From Octopus sinensis (Eukaryota): a DNA stretch of 64,000 bases. The notes beneath the pieces are model-generated. The model saw nothing but the letters and a program-made list of their open reading frames with translations, ran no database searches and was not told the origin of the DNA. Numbering within the stretch: position 1 is the stretch's first letter; the number at the start of each line of letters is the position of its first letter. Shown here piece by piece: positions 13,292 through 27,049 of this stretch. Location of the stretch: positions 204,972,001 through 205,036,000 of the forward strand of contig NC_042997.1 of NCBI RefSeq assembly GCF_006345805.1. The letters run 5' to 3'. The translations under genes and the position numbers were made by a program.

Positions 13292-13331
<40 letters not shown>

Positions 13332-13519
13332 TATATATATTTTGTGTGTGTGTGTATATATGAAAATTCTAAATATACATAATTGAAAAATAAAATAATA
13401 ATTCAATAATTAAATAAAAAACACAAAGTTATGACAAGTCATTAAATTGTAATCAAAATAATAAATGTTTCAAATATAGACAAACTCCTTACATAAGCTA
13501 ACCATATATATGGATCTTA

Positions 13520-14002
13520 AATTTGAGATGTTAAAGGAAAGAAGTTCAAAGATGGAATGAATACATGGAGAGCCAAGTGTTTTAGAGGGAGAAATTGGGG
13601 GAGGTATTCAGATAGGGAATCGTGAGAGGAGAAAATAAATTTCAAGAGTTAGGGGTTAATAAAGAGACTAGTAGGGAGTAATAGTAGTAGAGGTGGAAGA
13701 GAGGAGGGTTGTGTTGGTGGTAATTGTTGGGATAGCGAGAAAAGAGAATGGCCATTATTTGGGAGGAGTAAGTTGACTGGTTCAGTGGCTGACGGAGATT
13801 ACTAAATAGAGAAGAATGAGAGAAGATAGAGGGAGGTGGATGAGAGTGATGGTGGGAGTTGATAGTCTATACTCTCCATATTGTCCTATCCAATGCATTC
13901 CGTATTGTTCTAGGCTAATGATACATGAAGCCTCATAGTAAAAAGACGTCTCTCTCTCTCTCTCTTCCAGATCAGTGGCTATCATTGCAATATTAAGATG
14001 TT
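13520..14002. repeat. Interspersed repeat (partial copy of 30700-31178 and of the inverted 53455-53935)
   Basis: Near-identical sequence seen three times in the window. Confidence 0.85.
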
Positions 14003-14011
14003 CAGGTCTGC

Positions 14012-14405
14012 AAGGAGGTGAGCTGGCACAGACGTTAGCACGACAGGCGAAATGCTTAGCGGTATTTCGTGTGTCTTGACGTTCTGAGTTCAAATTCCGC
14101 CGAGGTCGACTTTGCCTTCCATCATTTCGGGGTCGATTAAATAAGTACCAGTTACTCACTGGGGTCAATGTAATCGACTTAATCCGTCTGTCTGTCCTTG
14201 TTTGTCCTCTCTGTGTTTAGCCCCTTGTGGGTAGTAAAGAAATAGGTATTTCGTGTGTCTTGACGTTCTGAGTTCAAATTCCGCCGCGGTCAACTTTGCC
14301 TTTCACCCTTTCGGGGTCGATAAATTAAGTACCAGTTGCGTATTGGAGTCGATATAATCGACTGGCCCTTCCCTAAGAATTTCGGGCCTTGTACCTAGAG
14401 TAGAG
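14012..14405 (+). mobile_element. tRNA-derived SINE with an internal tandem repeat (resembles the octopus OK family)
   Basis: A-box-like GAGCTGGCAC and B-box GAGTTCAAATTCC, followed by a repeated ~180-bp unit; homologous to 21325-21897. Confidence 0.7.
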
Positions 14406-14670
14406 AAGGATACTTCTTTGCAGATTATGTTCTTCGTGTAAGTTATCGCTCATCTCTTCCCTTCTTTGTCAGTGTTGATAGCTTTAAGTCACGCATCGGA
14501 TAATTTGCCAGCCCTTGAGAATGCAACATGTTGCTGACCTTGACCGAATACAGGTTCAGGCAAGAACAGCCCCCACTCGATCAAATGTCTGCCCTTGTGA
14601 TTTGTGGATAGCCACTGCATAAGACAGGCCAAGGGGAAACTGGTTTCTTTCGGAAGTGAATGGCAAGTTT
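14406..14670 (-). mobile_element. Helitron Pif1 helicase C-terminal remnant
   Basis: Minus strand encodes QFPLGLSYAVAIHKSQGQTFDRV..LFLPEPVFGQGQ.HVAFSR. Confidence 0.75.
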
Positions 14671-15834
14671 GGGATGTGTTAAGTAATAGGTGATAATAAA
14701 AGATTTAGTTCAATTCATGTACTCACCATCGCCACCCCCACCACCAGCTCTAGCACCAACAACAGTAACAGCACCTCTCTGTCTCTCTCTCCTCTCTCTC
14801 TCGTTGCCTTTCTTTAACATCACCCCTCTGCTAAAATTATATTTCTAACTCTCCTCTATATCACTACCTTCAACTAACTTTTTAGCCACGTAATAAACAT
14901 TACGTTCCCCCTACTATAATGTCATGGAAGCTTCTTTCTTCGTCTGTTCTCTGTTCTTTTTTTCTTTCTCTCTCGTTCTACCTCACTGTTCGCCTTATCT
15001 TTTTTCTCTCTCTCTCTCCTTTTTTTCTCTGATCACGTGAAAACGTTACCGACGGGCTAAGTAACGTAACGACAAGTAGGAATGATGATTAATCTATAAC
15101 TACAATGTCCATATAGAGAATAAGGTAGACCGAGTTTAATTTTAACAAAACCAAGGCAACAGACATTTATCATCAATCCAAAATCTCTTCGAATACCGCA
15201 TCATCTTTCTTTTGTAACTCACAGCCTTCCATCATTGACATCCAGGAACATTCACAGAAGTTGCACAAATCTACCGCCGCATATCATTCACTTTCAGTTG
15301 ATGTAAGTTGATTCCTTCATGTGAATTTCAGGGTTCAAACGAATACAATTGCTATTCTGGAAAAAGAATCCGACAAAATAAACAACTATGCAAAAAATTT
15401 GATAGTCGTGGGCAGTTATAGTATTCAAGGGGAATAACTCGTTGACAGTATGTCCCAGTTTTCCCCCCTGAATTGCTATTCCTTCGACGACGAATTGTCA
15501 ATGAGACGGAGGTTTCGGATAACTAGAGTAAGATAAACAAATAGTATTAATGATTTCTAATTGAGGAATAAGGCCAGCAATTTTGAAGTGAGGCGGTGAG
15601 ATGATTCCATCGACCTTAGTACGACACGGTATTCCCAAAAGAGGAAAAGCAAAGTTGGTCTCCGTTGGATTTCAACTCGAAATTAAAAGCTGCGAGAATG
15701 TCGCAAGGCCCTTCATGAAGAGGCATTTACGATTCTGTTAATACTGGGAAGAAGCAATGGCCATGACATAAATGTTAAGGGGACCTCATAGAGGGAGGAA
15801 AAGCTGGAAGTGTGAAGCAGTATTAGGTACCTGT

Positions 15835-16542
15835 GCATGCATGCATACATGCATACATACACATACATACATACATACATACATACATACATACAAACAC
15901 ACACACATCCATACCATCCATCCATACATACATACATACATACATACATACATACATACACACATACATACATACACACACACACATACATACATACATA
16001 GATACATACATACATACATTTATACATACATACATACACACATACATACATACATACATACACACATACATACATTTATACATACATACATACATACATA
16101 CATACATACACACATACATACATACACACACACATACATACATACATACATACATACATACATACATACATACATACATTTATACATACATACATACATA
16201 CATACATACATACATACACACATACATACATTTATACATACATACACACATACATACATACATACATACATACATACATACCATACATACATACACACAT
16301 ACATACATTTATACATACATACATACATACATACATACATACATACACACATACATACATACATACACACACACCATCCACACACATACATACATACATA
16401 CATACATACATACATACATACATACATACATACATAACATACATATACCATACATACATACCATACATACATACAAACATACATACATACATACATACAC
16501 ATACATACATACATACATACATACACACATACATACATACAT
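15835..16542. repeat. (TACA)n microsatellite, ~700 bp
   Basis: Directly visible. Confidence 0.98.
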
Positions 16543-16988
16543 AACAGCCGCAACAACATGAACAACGGCCAAAACAAACAGCGCCGCCACCATTATGATG
16601 GTAGCATGAACGAACAGAGAAACCGGAAAAGGTACAAAAACCGGGGCCTCTGCTCCATCGCCTCAATACTCAAGATATTAGCTTCTCTCAAGACCTGGGT
16701 GTCTGCAGTCTTTAAGGTCCAGCCAACACATCTCATGTGGAAGCGTCCAAGGACTTTTATATGATGTTTGTAAAGGGTCCATGTCTCACATGAGTAAAGG
16801 AGCGATGTCAGTACACGAGGGACCAGACACGAGGCTGAAGGGACCGGAAGGAATCAGTTGCTCTCTGCAGCCTGAAAGGTATTTCCTCATCCACGGAACA
16901 AGAACGGCTGAGTGTGCTGCTATATATGTATATATATGTACGTATATATCTATTGATCTTACATGGACCGACGTGTGTAAACTGATAC

Positions 16989-17076
<88 letters not shown>

Positions 17077-17681
17077 GTGCGTGTGCGCGTGTGTGTGATT
17101 TATTATATGCTGACAGGGACATGTATAGTAATATGAACGTGTGTATCTGCGTATATATATATGTTCGCATACATATATATACAATTTATTGTGTGCCTAT
17201 ATTTATATGTGTGTTCCCTTTCTTTTTGCACATGTAGAACCAACACATCCCTCCAAATTTTTATGGTTTTACCATATCTGTCTCTGCTCAGTTATCTCCC
17301 CTACACTCTGGCCTCTCGAACGTCCTTTTGAAATTCACTCTTTCATCTTTTTAAACACCGCAATTACTTTAATTACTTTAATTGTAATAGTAATAATTGC
17401 TTCTCTGTTTTTAAACTGAAAGCCGCTCATCGTATGTGTGTATGTATGTATCAACGTGTGTCTGCTTTGTGTCCGTGTGTGTTCCCTACAATCGCTTGAC
17501 AACCGATGTTGGCGTATTTACGTCCCTGTAACATTAGCCCTTCGGCGAAAGAGACCAATTGAAAAAGTATTAGGATTACAAAAAATAAGTCTGGGGGTCA
17601 ATTTCTTCAAATAAACCCCTTTTAAGTGGGAACTCAAATGTGGCTGCAGTCAAATGACAATAAAAGAATGAAATAACACAC

Positions 17682-17730
<49 letters not shown>

Positions 17731-18027
17731 TACTATGAGGACATTTAGACCTCATGTAAGGATATTTTTATACAAGACACACTGGTTTAATAGACTGAAT
17801 TTTGCAGAGATATTTCTTCAATGAATATATTATATAAAATATCATAAAACATCAAAAATTATTATCAAATTTGAAAACGGAAAATCCAATGGACACAAAC
17901 TTATTAATTAATTAATTAACATCTTCACCTACAATTGTTTCATTTCGCATCCAAATTAAATTACAAAACATATATAATATATAAACTTGAAAGGTTATAT
18001 ATTTATATATGTAATTTGTATCCATAT

Positions 18028-18108
<81 letters not shown>

Positions 18109-18119
18109 GACATATATAA

Positions 18120-20271
18120 AACAAGATTCTTCACTGTGTGGCATATATTCCGGACTTATCAGTCGGTAGTGATGATAATTAGAAGGAGATAAGCTGTTAG
18201 TGAATGGATTTAGTTGCATCAGATACATGGGAGACCTTAATAAGATTGTTGATTCTCTTTAGCTTCAGATTAAGCTGGTCTTTCATAAGAGACATTCCTC
18301 CCGTGACTATCCCATACATTTACTGTGTACAGAGAATCCAGCATCATAATTTCTGATGTATTAACTTTAGGTTGGCTGAGTTTGATATCAGGGAACATTC
18401 TCGGCTACTTCTTGTAGGTGAAGCCTTCTTTATGAACCTTCTTCCATTCTTTTCTGAATTCTTGAAACAGTTGATGGAGTTACAGACCAATCAGTTGCTG
18501 TCTTACTCACGCATTTCTCCATTCTTTTACCAAATTTCAATCTGAGCTCGTTTCTCATGCTTCTTCTTTGTCATTTTTATTTGGCATCTGAAGATGAATT
18601 TGGACATGACTGTCAAGAGAAGTGCTTACACAGACAAGATTTTTTGAGTTTTCTAGTGTTAAAAATAACATTTTGGAAAATCCAGTTTACTAAAAGTAAT
18701 AAGCCTATTTAAATGTGCAGGGGTGACTAAAGCTTCTCGGGTTACTGTGCATGCATGTATAAAATTGAGTTATCCGCATGAATGATGTTAATGCATTCTT
18801 TACAGATATAGATTTACAATTTTACACATATATTTATATATTTCGCACGCACAGGAAATAGTTTACACCTATTCAGGCATAGTTCTGATAATACAGTCTG
18901 TCTACCACCACTTGGGTTCTGTTTTGATCAGGAAAGCTCAGAGGAAAGTTGTTTTGTTGGTTGAGAAATATTATTGATGCTTTTAAGAAATTGGCTTACT
19001 TTTTGTTTCCCAGTATTTGTTGTACGTATATCATTGAAATCGAGAGACTCGCAAAAGGTAAGAGAATTATTATTTTTTTGGTTTAGCAACATGTCAGTGT
19101 TGCGGGAGTAGATCTATGATACAAGACATTCTAACCTTGACCACCACCCTCTCTATTCATATGCATTATCCACCAAGGTATTTCCTTTCTAAGAATTGAA
19201 GGAAAGATTTGAGAGATAATTGGCTGTTATTTTTAGTATTTTGTTTTTTTGGAGGAGTTCACAGTGAGACGAGGTGTCTGTCTGAGGATAAACCATGAAT
19301 CCATCTGGTTTTCTTTTTTTCTCTGGGGTTGGAATCCCTATAAATTCTGTTGCCTTTCCTTTCCTGTTTGTTATTGTTATTTTTGTGGTTTAACACCTTT
19401 TCTTCCAGAAGAAGTCTCTGTCTTCTCGTGAAGAAGTTTCTGTGATGTTCATTACTCCTCCTCTCAATATCTCTGTATACTGCTGCCTGGTTCTGGTTAA
19501 TTTTTTCGTTTACTGTTTTTCTCTTGGTTATTCTCTTCTGATTTCGAGGTTTCTCACTGACATCTTTTAGCTCCTGTTTGAGAGTGGTCAGTTCGTAATT
19601 GAATGTTCTCTTTTTGCTATCCCCAAACATCACTTCTATCTCCTTCTTCTCTTCTTCTTGGTGAACTTTTAATACCGTGTCTGGTAGTCTTTTGCTTACT
19701 TTGATATAGAATTCTCTCTCTTCGAGAGAGTGCTTCGAAATCAAAGTTATTTCTTCTTGAAAATCTTTTAGTCGGGGCACCGCTATATAGCTCTGACTAC
19801 TATTGCTACTTTCGCAGTAAAATGATTTAGTTGTGGATGCAGATCGTCCATGTATGGTTCCAATCTGATCAAACCTCCAACAAAAGGGTTTTGTTTAGCT
19901 CTTCTATAACAATTAATAAATCTGTCCTCAATTCATAAATCCAAGAAAACAAAATGAGTTTTGTGGTTAGGGTTTCTTCTCTAACTAAAGCTAGAAAGAA
20001 TCTGTTTATCTGTTGAGCTGTTGTTTTTGTTCTGTTCCTTGGTTGTGTTGTTGTTGATGTTGTGTCCAGCCATGTTGTTTGTAGTAAATCTCTGCATGCT
20101 AAATTCAAGTTTCAGTCGAAAATCAATACAATCTTTAATAAAAGGCTCCTTCAGTTAATTCATCTGGAGATTAACCAGTTATTTAACAGGGCTTCAAAGA
20201 TGGAGATAGTATTCATCGTATCTTCCATAAATAGTCTTCCATACTAAATACGTGACGTGTCGCTTCGAGCC

Positions 20272-20302
<31 letters not shown>

Positions 20303-21230
20303 ATGTATGTATGTATGTATGTATGTATGTATGTATGTATGTATGTATGTATGTATGTGCAGATTTGTATGTTTATGTATGTATTCTCAAGCACATAGTT
20401 ACATATCTAGAAATGCTCATATATATTTAATGATAAACTTCTGGAAAGTTTCTCAGACTTTTACAGTTCCAGTGATGGGTCGTATCTGTAGTCTTCAAAT
20501 TAGCTTTCTTCTCTCTGGTTTTGAGAAGTCTAATTTCTCTAGATTGGTATTTAGGCTGTGTGCTATATATCTCAGGGCCCCAATAATTACAGGTATAAAC
20601 CTGAACTTGTAATCTCAATAGTTCAGCATAGATACACTCTTTTTCATTGATCTTCAGCTTTATGTTCACATCTGCTGGGAAGTTAATTGCCACAACTGTA
20701 CACAGTTTCTCTTCTCTATCTCAAATCATTCTCTCAGGTCTGTTGGGATTACAGTTTTTGTGGTCTACACTGGGACATTCCATCTGTATTCTTTTTTGTT
20801 ACGTGTGGCTATGACTTCTACCATACTGTGGATTCTTATTTCATTCTTCTCGGGATTATGCTTACCACGGATTTCATTATAGAGTGATCTAGCTACAACG
20901 TCATGTGACATTTAAGGTGATGGTATTTTCGGACAACTGCTTAAGGTGTGGGTGATATCTTCAGTGTGAACTCCACAAATTCTGCATCGGTTGTCACATT
21001 TGAATGCTTTACCTACATCTCCATCCCTTTTGTTCATCAGATACTTGTTTGATATTTCCTAATCCTCGATTGCAAACGCATACCCTTCAAAGTGGGAGAT
21101 AGTAATCCCGCTGTGGGTCCATGATAAGCTGCTTTGATGATCGATGTTACTATCAGCACGGAGCTTTCTACTTCTGCTCATATAGGCTCATGCTTTCACA
21201 ACAAAACAACTACATGTCACCATACGATGC
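18120..21230 (+). repeat. Upstream block of paralog B, duplicated upstream of paralog C (36165-39945)
   Basis: 18120-19452 matches 36165-37497, 19815-20350 matches 38245-38800, and the LINE piece 20380-21230 is a more diverged match to 39070-39945. Confidence 0.9.
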
Positions 21231-21235
21231 CGTTC
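18875..21235 (-). mobile_element. Degenerate RLE-LINE family associated with (TACA)n (5' part 18875-20275; 3' part 20380-21235)
   Basis: Minus-strand FPADVNIKLKI..FIPVIIGA and CRICGVHTEDITH-type remnants, with (TACA)n at the ends. Confidence 0.7.
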
Positions 21236-21324
21236 ATGTGTCTCTGAGTAGAATACCAGCTCACATCACTACACAATCACCCAGTGTCATATATATATAT
21301 AGGACGGCAATGTTCCAACATATA

Positions 21325-21897
21325 TTCCTTTCTACTCTAGGCATAAGGCCCGAAATTTTGGGGGATGGGACCAGCCGATAAGATCGACCCCAGTAGGCAA
21401 TTGGTACTTAATTTATCGACCTCGAAGAATGAAAGGCAAAGTCGACCTCGGCGGAATTTCAACTCAGAACGTAAACACAGTTGAAATACCTATTTCTTTA
21501 CTACCTACAAGGGGCTACACAGAGGGGACAAACAAGGACAGACAAACAGATTACATCGATTATATCGACCCCGTGCGTAACTGGTACTTATTTAATCGAC
21601 CCCGAAAGGATGAAAGGCAAAGTAGACATCGGCGGAATTTCAACTCAGAACGTAAACACAGATGAAATACCTATATCTTTACTACCTAGAAGGGGACAGA
21701 GGGGACAACCAAGGAAGACAAACAGATTAAGTCGATAAGATCGCCCCCAGTGCGTAACTGATACTTATTTAATCGAACTCGAAAGGATGAAAGGCAAAGT
21801 TGACCTCGACGGAATTTGAACTCAGAACGTCAAGACAGACGAAATACGGCTACGCATTTCGCCCGGCGTGCTAACGTTTCTACCAGCTCACCGCCTT
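21325..21897 (-). mobile_element. tRNA-derived SINE with three tandem internal units
   Basis: Reverse complement of the 14012 SINE; the unit ...GAAAGGCAAAGT.GAC.TCG.CGGAATTT.AACTCAGAACGT occurs three times. Confidence 0.75.
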
Positions 21898-22339
21898 TGT
21901 TCCAACATATATTATGTAATAAATGTAATATATCTTGACAATTAAAGAATTTAGTAGTCTAATATGTTTCTTACAGAACACCATATTTTGATGTTAGATT
22001 TACACTGAATGTTTTTAGTCGGTTGTTAAAGACCGAAATTTGTAAGCAACTCCACTGACAATATTTTCGTCATTTTTGCAATTAAATTAATGACATTTAT
22101 AATTATCTTCTTACTTAATTTAGTGAATATTTTGTAAGAATGGAGCTTCATTTATTTGGCATTCACATAAAAAATATATAAAATACGAGCGTATAGCTTA
22201 TTTAATGTTATCATTTAATGTCTAATTTATAGGTCAGTGGGACTTCATTTGTTAGATTCTTCCCCTGAAGAAGGAGCTGCTTTCTAACGAACATACAAAG
22301 CTCCATCATTGGAATGTAGACGACGGACATAACGTCACA

Positions 22340-23375
22340 TTTTAAACCTGAGAAAAGTCTTGCATAGTTTTACTGTTCCATATACAGATTGTATTTGTAA
22401 TGCGTTAATCCATTGATTTCTTGTTCTGAAAATCCAAGCTTATCCACACTGACAGTTAAGCATTTACTTACAAAACGAAGAGCTTTTATCATTATTGGTT
22501 CTTACGTCCTGAGTCCAAATTCCGCTGAAGTCGACTTTACCATTCATCCTTTCGGGGTCGATGAAATAAGTACCAGCCACGCACTGGAGTCGATGCAACC
22601 GACAAGCCCCTTCCGCGACAAACATTTCAGGCCTATAGTAGAAAGGATTATTATTGGTATAAATGCAATTCGTAATCTGGATATAGAAGCTGGACATTAC
22701 AATGCATTTGTCCATAGTTACCTTCTTTGTTTTTGATTTTCAAAGAGATATTCCCATCAGAAGGGCAACCGACCTGTATGACGGAACCTACATTATCTTG
22801 TCTATCCCAGACAGCAATATCTGGCCTGTTATACTTACATTTCACCGATGTTTTGATGTGAATGCTCCACCAGTATTCTTTGGGCTGATATTTGTGTGTG
22901 TTTAATAAGAAGGAGCTCTCTACATTTATTCCAGGAAATGGCATTGTGCATTGTTTATTTCTGGGTGCAAATCACCCAAGTATCATTTCAATCTGTTGAT
23001 TCATCTGTAATATTTAAATTAATCAATATTCAATCCATAACTCCAAGAAAAATGAGGTTTGTGTTTACGGTTTCTGCACTAACTAAAGCTAGAAAGAATC
23101 TGTTTATCTGTTGAGCTGTTGTTTTTGTTCTGTTCCTTGGTTGTGTTGTTGTTGTTGTTGATGTTGTGTCCAGCCATGTTGTTTGTAGTAAATCTCTTCA
23201 TGCTAAATTCAAGTTTCTGTCGGAAACCACCCCGATTAGTTAATCCATCTGAAGATGAACGAGTTATTTGATAAGGCTGGTAGTTTTAGCTTCAGAGTTG
23301 GAGACAGTAATCATCGTATTTTCGATGAATAGTCTGCCACATCAAATAGGTGACGTGTCGCTTGGAGTTCGTAAG
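22340..23375 (-). mobile_element. Fragments of the (TACA)n-associated RLE LINE, with a SINE piece nested at ~22495-22650
   Basis: Encodes KEYWWSIHIKTSVKCKYNRPDIAVWDR; 23050-23370 repeats 19950-20270. Confidence 0.7.
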
Positions 23376-23513
23376 TATGTATGTATGTATTTAATAAGAA
23401 GGATTTATCTACATTCATTCCAGGAAATGGCATTGTGCCTTATTTTGGAGGTTGCTGTGCTCTACTAGAAGTTCCCGAAGTCCATACATACGGTATGAGT
23501 GTGAGACAGGAAT

Positions 23514-23910
23514 ATATCAGCTCATCAAATAAGTTCTGTCCGATTTTATCTTTTTTAAAATTGAATGAAATTTAATATTATTATAGAATGTCTATTGGAA
23601 TTTAAAATTATTTTTATGCATTTCTGTACATTTCAACTAATGAAATATTATTTTACAGAATAATAGAATTAAAATTTCTTTCATTAAAACACTTTCTAAC
23701 ATGGAAGTATCCAAAGAGCATTTAAAGAACATAATTTATGAGTAGAAAAAAGGAAACTCTGCAGCGGAAGCGACTCGAAACATACACTCAGTTTATGGGG
23801 AAAAATGTTGAATGAAAGAACTTGCTGAAGATGGTTTGCAAAATTCAGAAGTGGAGATTTCAGCCTATTGAGGAGGCCAAAAGTCAACAATGTGTTGAAG
23901 TATTGAATCA
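23514..23910 (+). mobile_element. mariner transposon 5' remnant
   Basis: From 23701: MEVSKEHLKNIIYE*KKGNSAAEATRNIHSVYG..NERTC*RWFAKFRSGDFSL, a mariner N-terminal HTH region. Confidence 0.8.
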
Positions 23911-24790
23911 AAAGGATCTAACTCTTTTAATTCAATCCCTTGTCGCCAAATAAACTCAACGTTTTAGAGGGGAGATGGCCTAATTTTTGAATGGCAATTT
24001 TTTACTGGGGCTGAGGCAACTGAAAAGTGCCAAAGAATCGTTGAAAACAGGGCAAATTGGAAAAACGTGCTTGCAGGGAGCAGTCACTTACCGTGCTTCA
24101 TTATTAGCAACGCCACTGGAAGAATGCAAGAGAGACAAAGATTTACATCAGTAAAATGTTTTCAGTAGGAATTTTGCCATTTAATGAGTTTGCTTCGCTA
24201 GAGTTGATCAGAGCGGCTGTAAGAAAGATAACTTTGTTTTTATGTTAAAAGTTATATGAATAACCCAGAACACTGAACGGAGGAGTAGAATATTAGACAA
24301 TAGTGACACTGGGGGACTTTATAAATTCAGTATCTTTTTTTATATTTGCCATTTAAACGCTGGTTATTGCAGATAAAAAAATCATCTGTTCCATTGTGGT
24401 GTTGAGGAGTTTCACAAACTCGTACAATCAGATGTTAATCGACTGTTAATAAAGAGAACTGTTTTTTACGTCATCTATATTGAAACCTCCGTATTTTCAG
24501 TTCAAATATAACTTGATTCAGTTATGATGCTAAATTTAATAACTTGAACTAGGTAGCATCGAATGCAATAGAACATCTTCTGCAACCGTTGAATAGAAAA
24601 TCTCCTGCAACCGTTGAATAGAAAATATCGACCTTGAAACGGGGATATGTTTAACCATAAAAGAGGTACTCGGCAACAGAAAAATGCATTGATTTCTCAG
24701 ATACATTGACCACAACACTTATGATTATTTCGTAACATTGCAAATGTCTATGAAATAAAGAAACGGAGTTGAATCTTCATTACTTAATAT

Positions 24791-24815
24791 GCTTTGTTTT
24801 TTCATATTTTTACAG
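24791..24815 (+). promoter_or_regulatory. Splice acceptor of a 5' UTR intron, paralog B
   Basis: Polypyrimidine tract ...TTTTTACAG ends 10 nt before the ATG; paralog C has the same geometry. Confidence 0.7.
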
Positions 24816-24825
24816 ATAACCAAAT

Positions 24826-25827
24826 ATGGCTGCCGTGCAGACGACAACAACAGCAACCAGTTCTCTTATTCTTTCAATCATTCTTATTATCACACTGACA
24901 TCACTAAACATCGATGCGAAGGAACTCGGCAATGATTGTGAAGTTAAAATCCCTCCCAATATCAGTGAGATTTTATTTCGTTTAGTAAAATTAGAAAAAG
25001 AGGTTTTCAATTTTGAAGTCCATTTATCAAACAAGACACTTGATGAACTTCTTAATCCTGTGCCATTGGATTATTTTGCAAATGCGAGGAGTTTTACGTG
25101 GATTACAGATAAATCAGGCGCTTTAACTATATATAAAACTTTCCCCTATGATTTTTCAATGCACACTTTTAATATGTTGGACGTCTACGTTGCTAAACAA
25201 AGGATTGATATCAATATCACTTGTGGGAAACAAAATATTCAGAGACACGATTTAATATATTTGATATTCGACGCATTGAAAAGACTCATATTTATGGACA
25301 AACTGCAAATGGGAGAATCTGGATACATGTGTTTTTATATAAATTTGTCTCAAGACATGAAGAAGAACAGCCCTGGCACATTTGAAGCTCACAAAAGAAT
25401 TGGTATAAATCGAGAACTGTTGAAGAACTATTGCTGTAAACTCTATAAAAATGGAAGCTATTTTTATCACTCCAAATCTATTTGTTCAGGAAAGATTATT
25501 GAGAATGCTATGTTTCAGAATTTAGCACGTATCGCCGGTGCCGTTTTGTGGGCTATATTACCATTACTCATTAGTTTCGTATCAAAAGCGAAAGTACCTT
25601 CACATTCCCGTCAACTCAATCTGCCACTGTTTGCTCACGATGAATTCATATTTACAATTAAAAACACATTACCATACAAATCAGAGTGGATCAATGTAAA
25701 ACATTGTGGAGACATAAACCCTCAAATTTGTGGGGCGTTCACTAGTCGATTATATCGACTCCAGTATTTCACTGGTATTTCATTTATCGACTTACATGCA
25801 CACGCACACGCACATATATACATCTAA
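24826..25827 (+). CDS. Paralog B, truncated (signal peptide, ectodomain, TM1, then ~43 non-homologous residues); possibly a pseudogene
   Basis: 333-aa ORF. Homology to A and C ends at ...KSEWIN (25696); the tail is read from SINE-like and flank DNA. Confidence 0.7.
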   Translation: MAAVQTTTTATSSLILSIILIITLTSLNIDAKELGNDCEVKIPPNISEILFRLVKLEKEVFNFEVHLSNKTLDELLNPVPLDYFANARSFTWITDKSGALTIYKTFPYDFSMHTFNMLDVYVAKQRIDINITCGKQNIQRHDLIYLIFDALKRLIFMDKLQMGESGYMCFYINLSQDMKKNSPGTFEAHKRIGINRELLKNYCCKLYKNGSYFYHSKSICSGKIIENAMFQNLARIAGAVLWAILPLLISFVSKAKVPSHSRQLNLPLFAHDEFIFTIKNTLPYKSEWINVKHCGDINPQICGAFTSRLYRLQYFTGISFIDLHAHAHAHIYI

Positions 25828-25990
25828 ATGTACAATCTGAAAAACAATTCTTCATTGCTTAATATTTTCTTTCTGTCTGGTTTAATCCAGGTTTTTGTTT
25901 ATTTTGTTTCGAATCGAATAAAGAATTTATTTTGATATCGACTATAACGTTGTTTGTCTTTCTTCTCGGAATCCATGTCTCTGGGCGCTT
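25820..25990 (+). terminator. Conserved 3' module with a putative poly(A) signal
   Basis: AATAAA at 25917-25922 followed by a GT/T-rich tract; diverged homolog at 47360-47523 downstream of C, and an inverted copy at ~54805-54975. Confidence 0.55.
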
Positions 25991-26997
25991 TGTCATACTT
26001 CTCTCAAAGCATTTCCGTATTTGTGTGTGTAAATGAGGGTGTGGTTGTGGGAGGGTGTGGTTGTGGGAGGGTGTGTGTATATATGTGTATTACTCAAACA
26101 GTTGAGACTCATTGTTGGGTCTGTCAAAAGAATTGAAAAATGAACAACCCTCAAAATCAAGAATTTAAAGGAATTGCAAATGAATGCAAACATGAATTTC
26201 AAAACAAAACGTCACAACTTCTGCATTACTTGCCTACAATTCGACGAGAATTACATTGGAGGAACAGGAACAAATTTCACCAACCGTGTGAACGTCCTCA
26301 AATAGTAAATTAAAAATTCATCTTTTAGAAATTGTCCACGTAATAAACATGTAAACATTTGTGCAAATGGAAAATAGAAAATATTCCCTTTTTACAAAAT
26401 AAAAGACGAAAATATCCAGCTATGAAAGGCACATTATAAGACTTCCCAATCTGAAACTAAACCAAACTGATTATTAAAAACAAGTTTCTCTACACGCATT
26501 ACCCCAGAACACGTGTTTTGTAGAAGTTCAACAACGAAAGCGGTTACATACAAAATACAGACAAAGGCTTTGTGACATTCTATTCTCTAAATAACTTTTA
26601 AACAGTTAATAAATTTCAAAAGTAATAAAAAAAACACTAAAAGAGAATGAGTCAAACCCAGACACAATAAAATTTTAGAAGAACTTTCATTAAACATTGG
26701 GACAATATCAAGTATATTTAGAAAGACTCTTACACACACACACATACATACACAGACACTGACACACAAGCAAACAAACACACACTCATCAAGAAGACGG
26801 TGCTGCTGTATGGCCGCAGTAAAATGATTTAAACAAGTAAAAGAATAAAAGATTATATACATATCCTCGGTGCCACAGCCGTTTTTGCCGTCTCCATCCT
26901 GAATCCAGCGCATCTCTACATCTAGTAAATACTGTATTTGGAAAATATATTTTCAGAACTCCTGTATCCGCCGCCTATGTGAATATCTCGCTCCCAG

Positions 26998-27046
<49 letters not shown>

Positions 27047-27049
<3 letters not shown>

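Noticed and set aside
14012-14110. Possible tRNA gene
   Set aside because: Only A/B-box remnants heading a SINE; no cloverleaf could be folded.
15713-16666. Long HTYI/MYVC repeat ORFs
   Set aside because: Stop-free readings of (TACA)n; no evidence of coding.
18240-18620. Possible Tc1-like transposase on the minus strand (VTPSTVSRIQKR)
   Set aside because: Too degenerate; no DDE motif or terminal repeats recognisable.
21380-21850. Regularly spaced repeats resembling a CRISPR array
   Set aside because: Tandem ~180-bp SINE units with homologous 'spacers', in a eukaryotic context with no cas genes.
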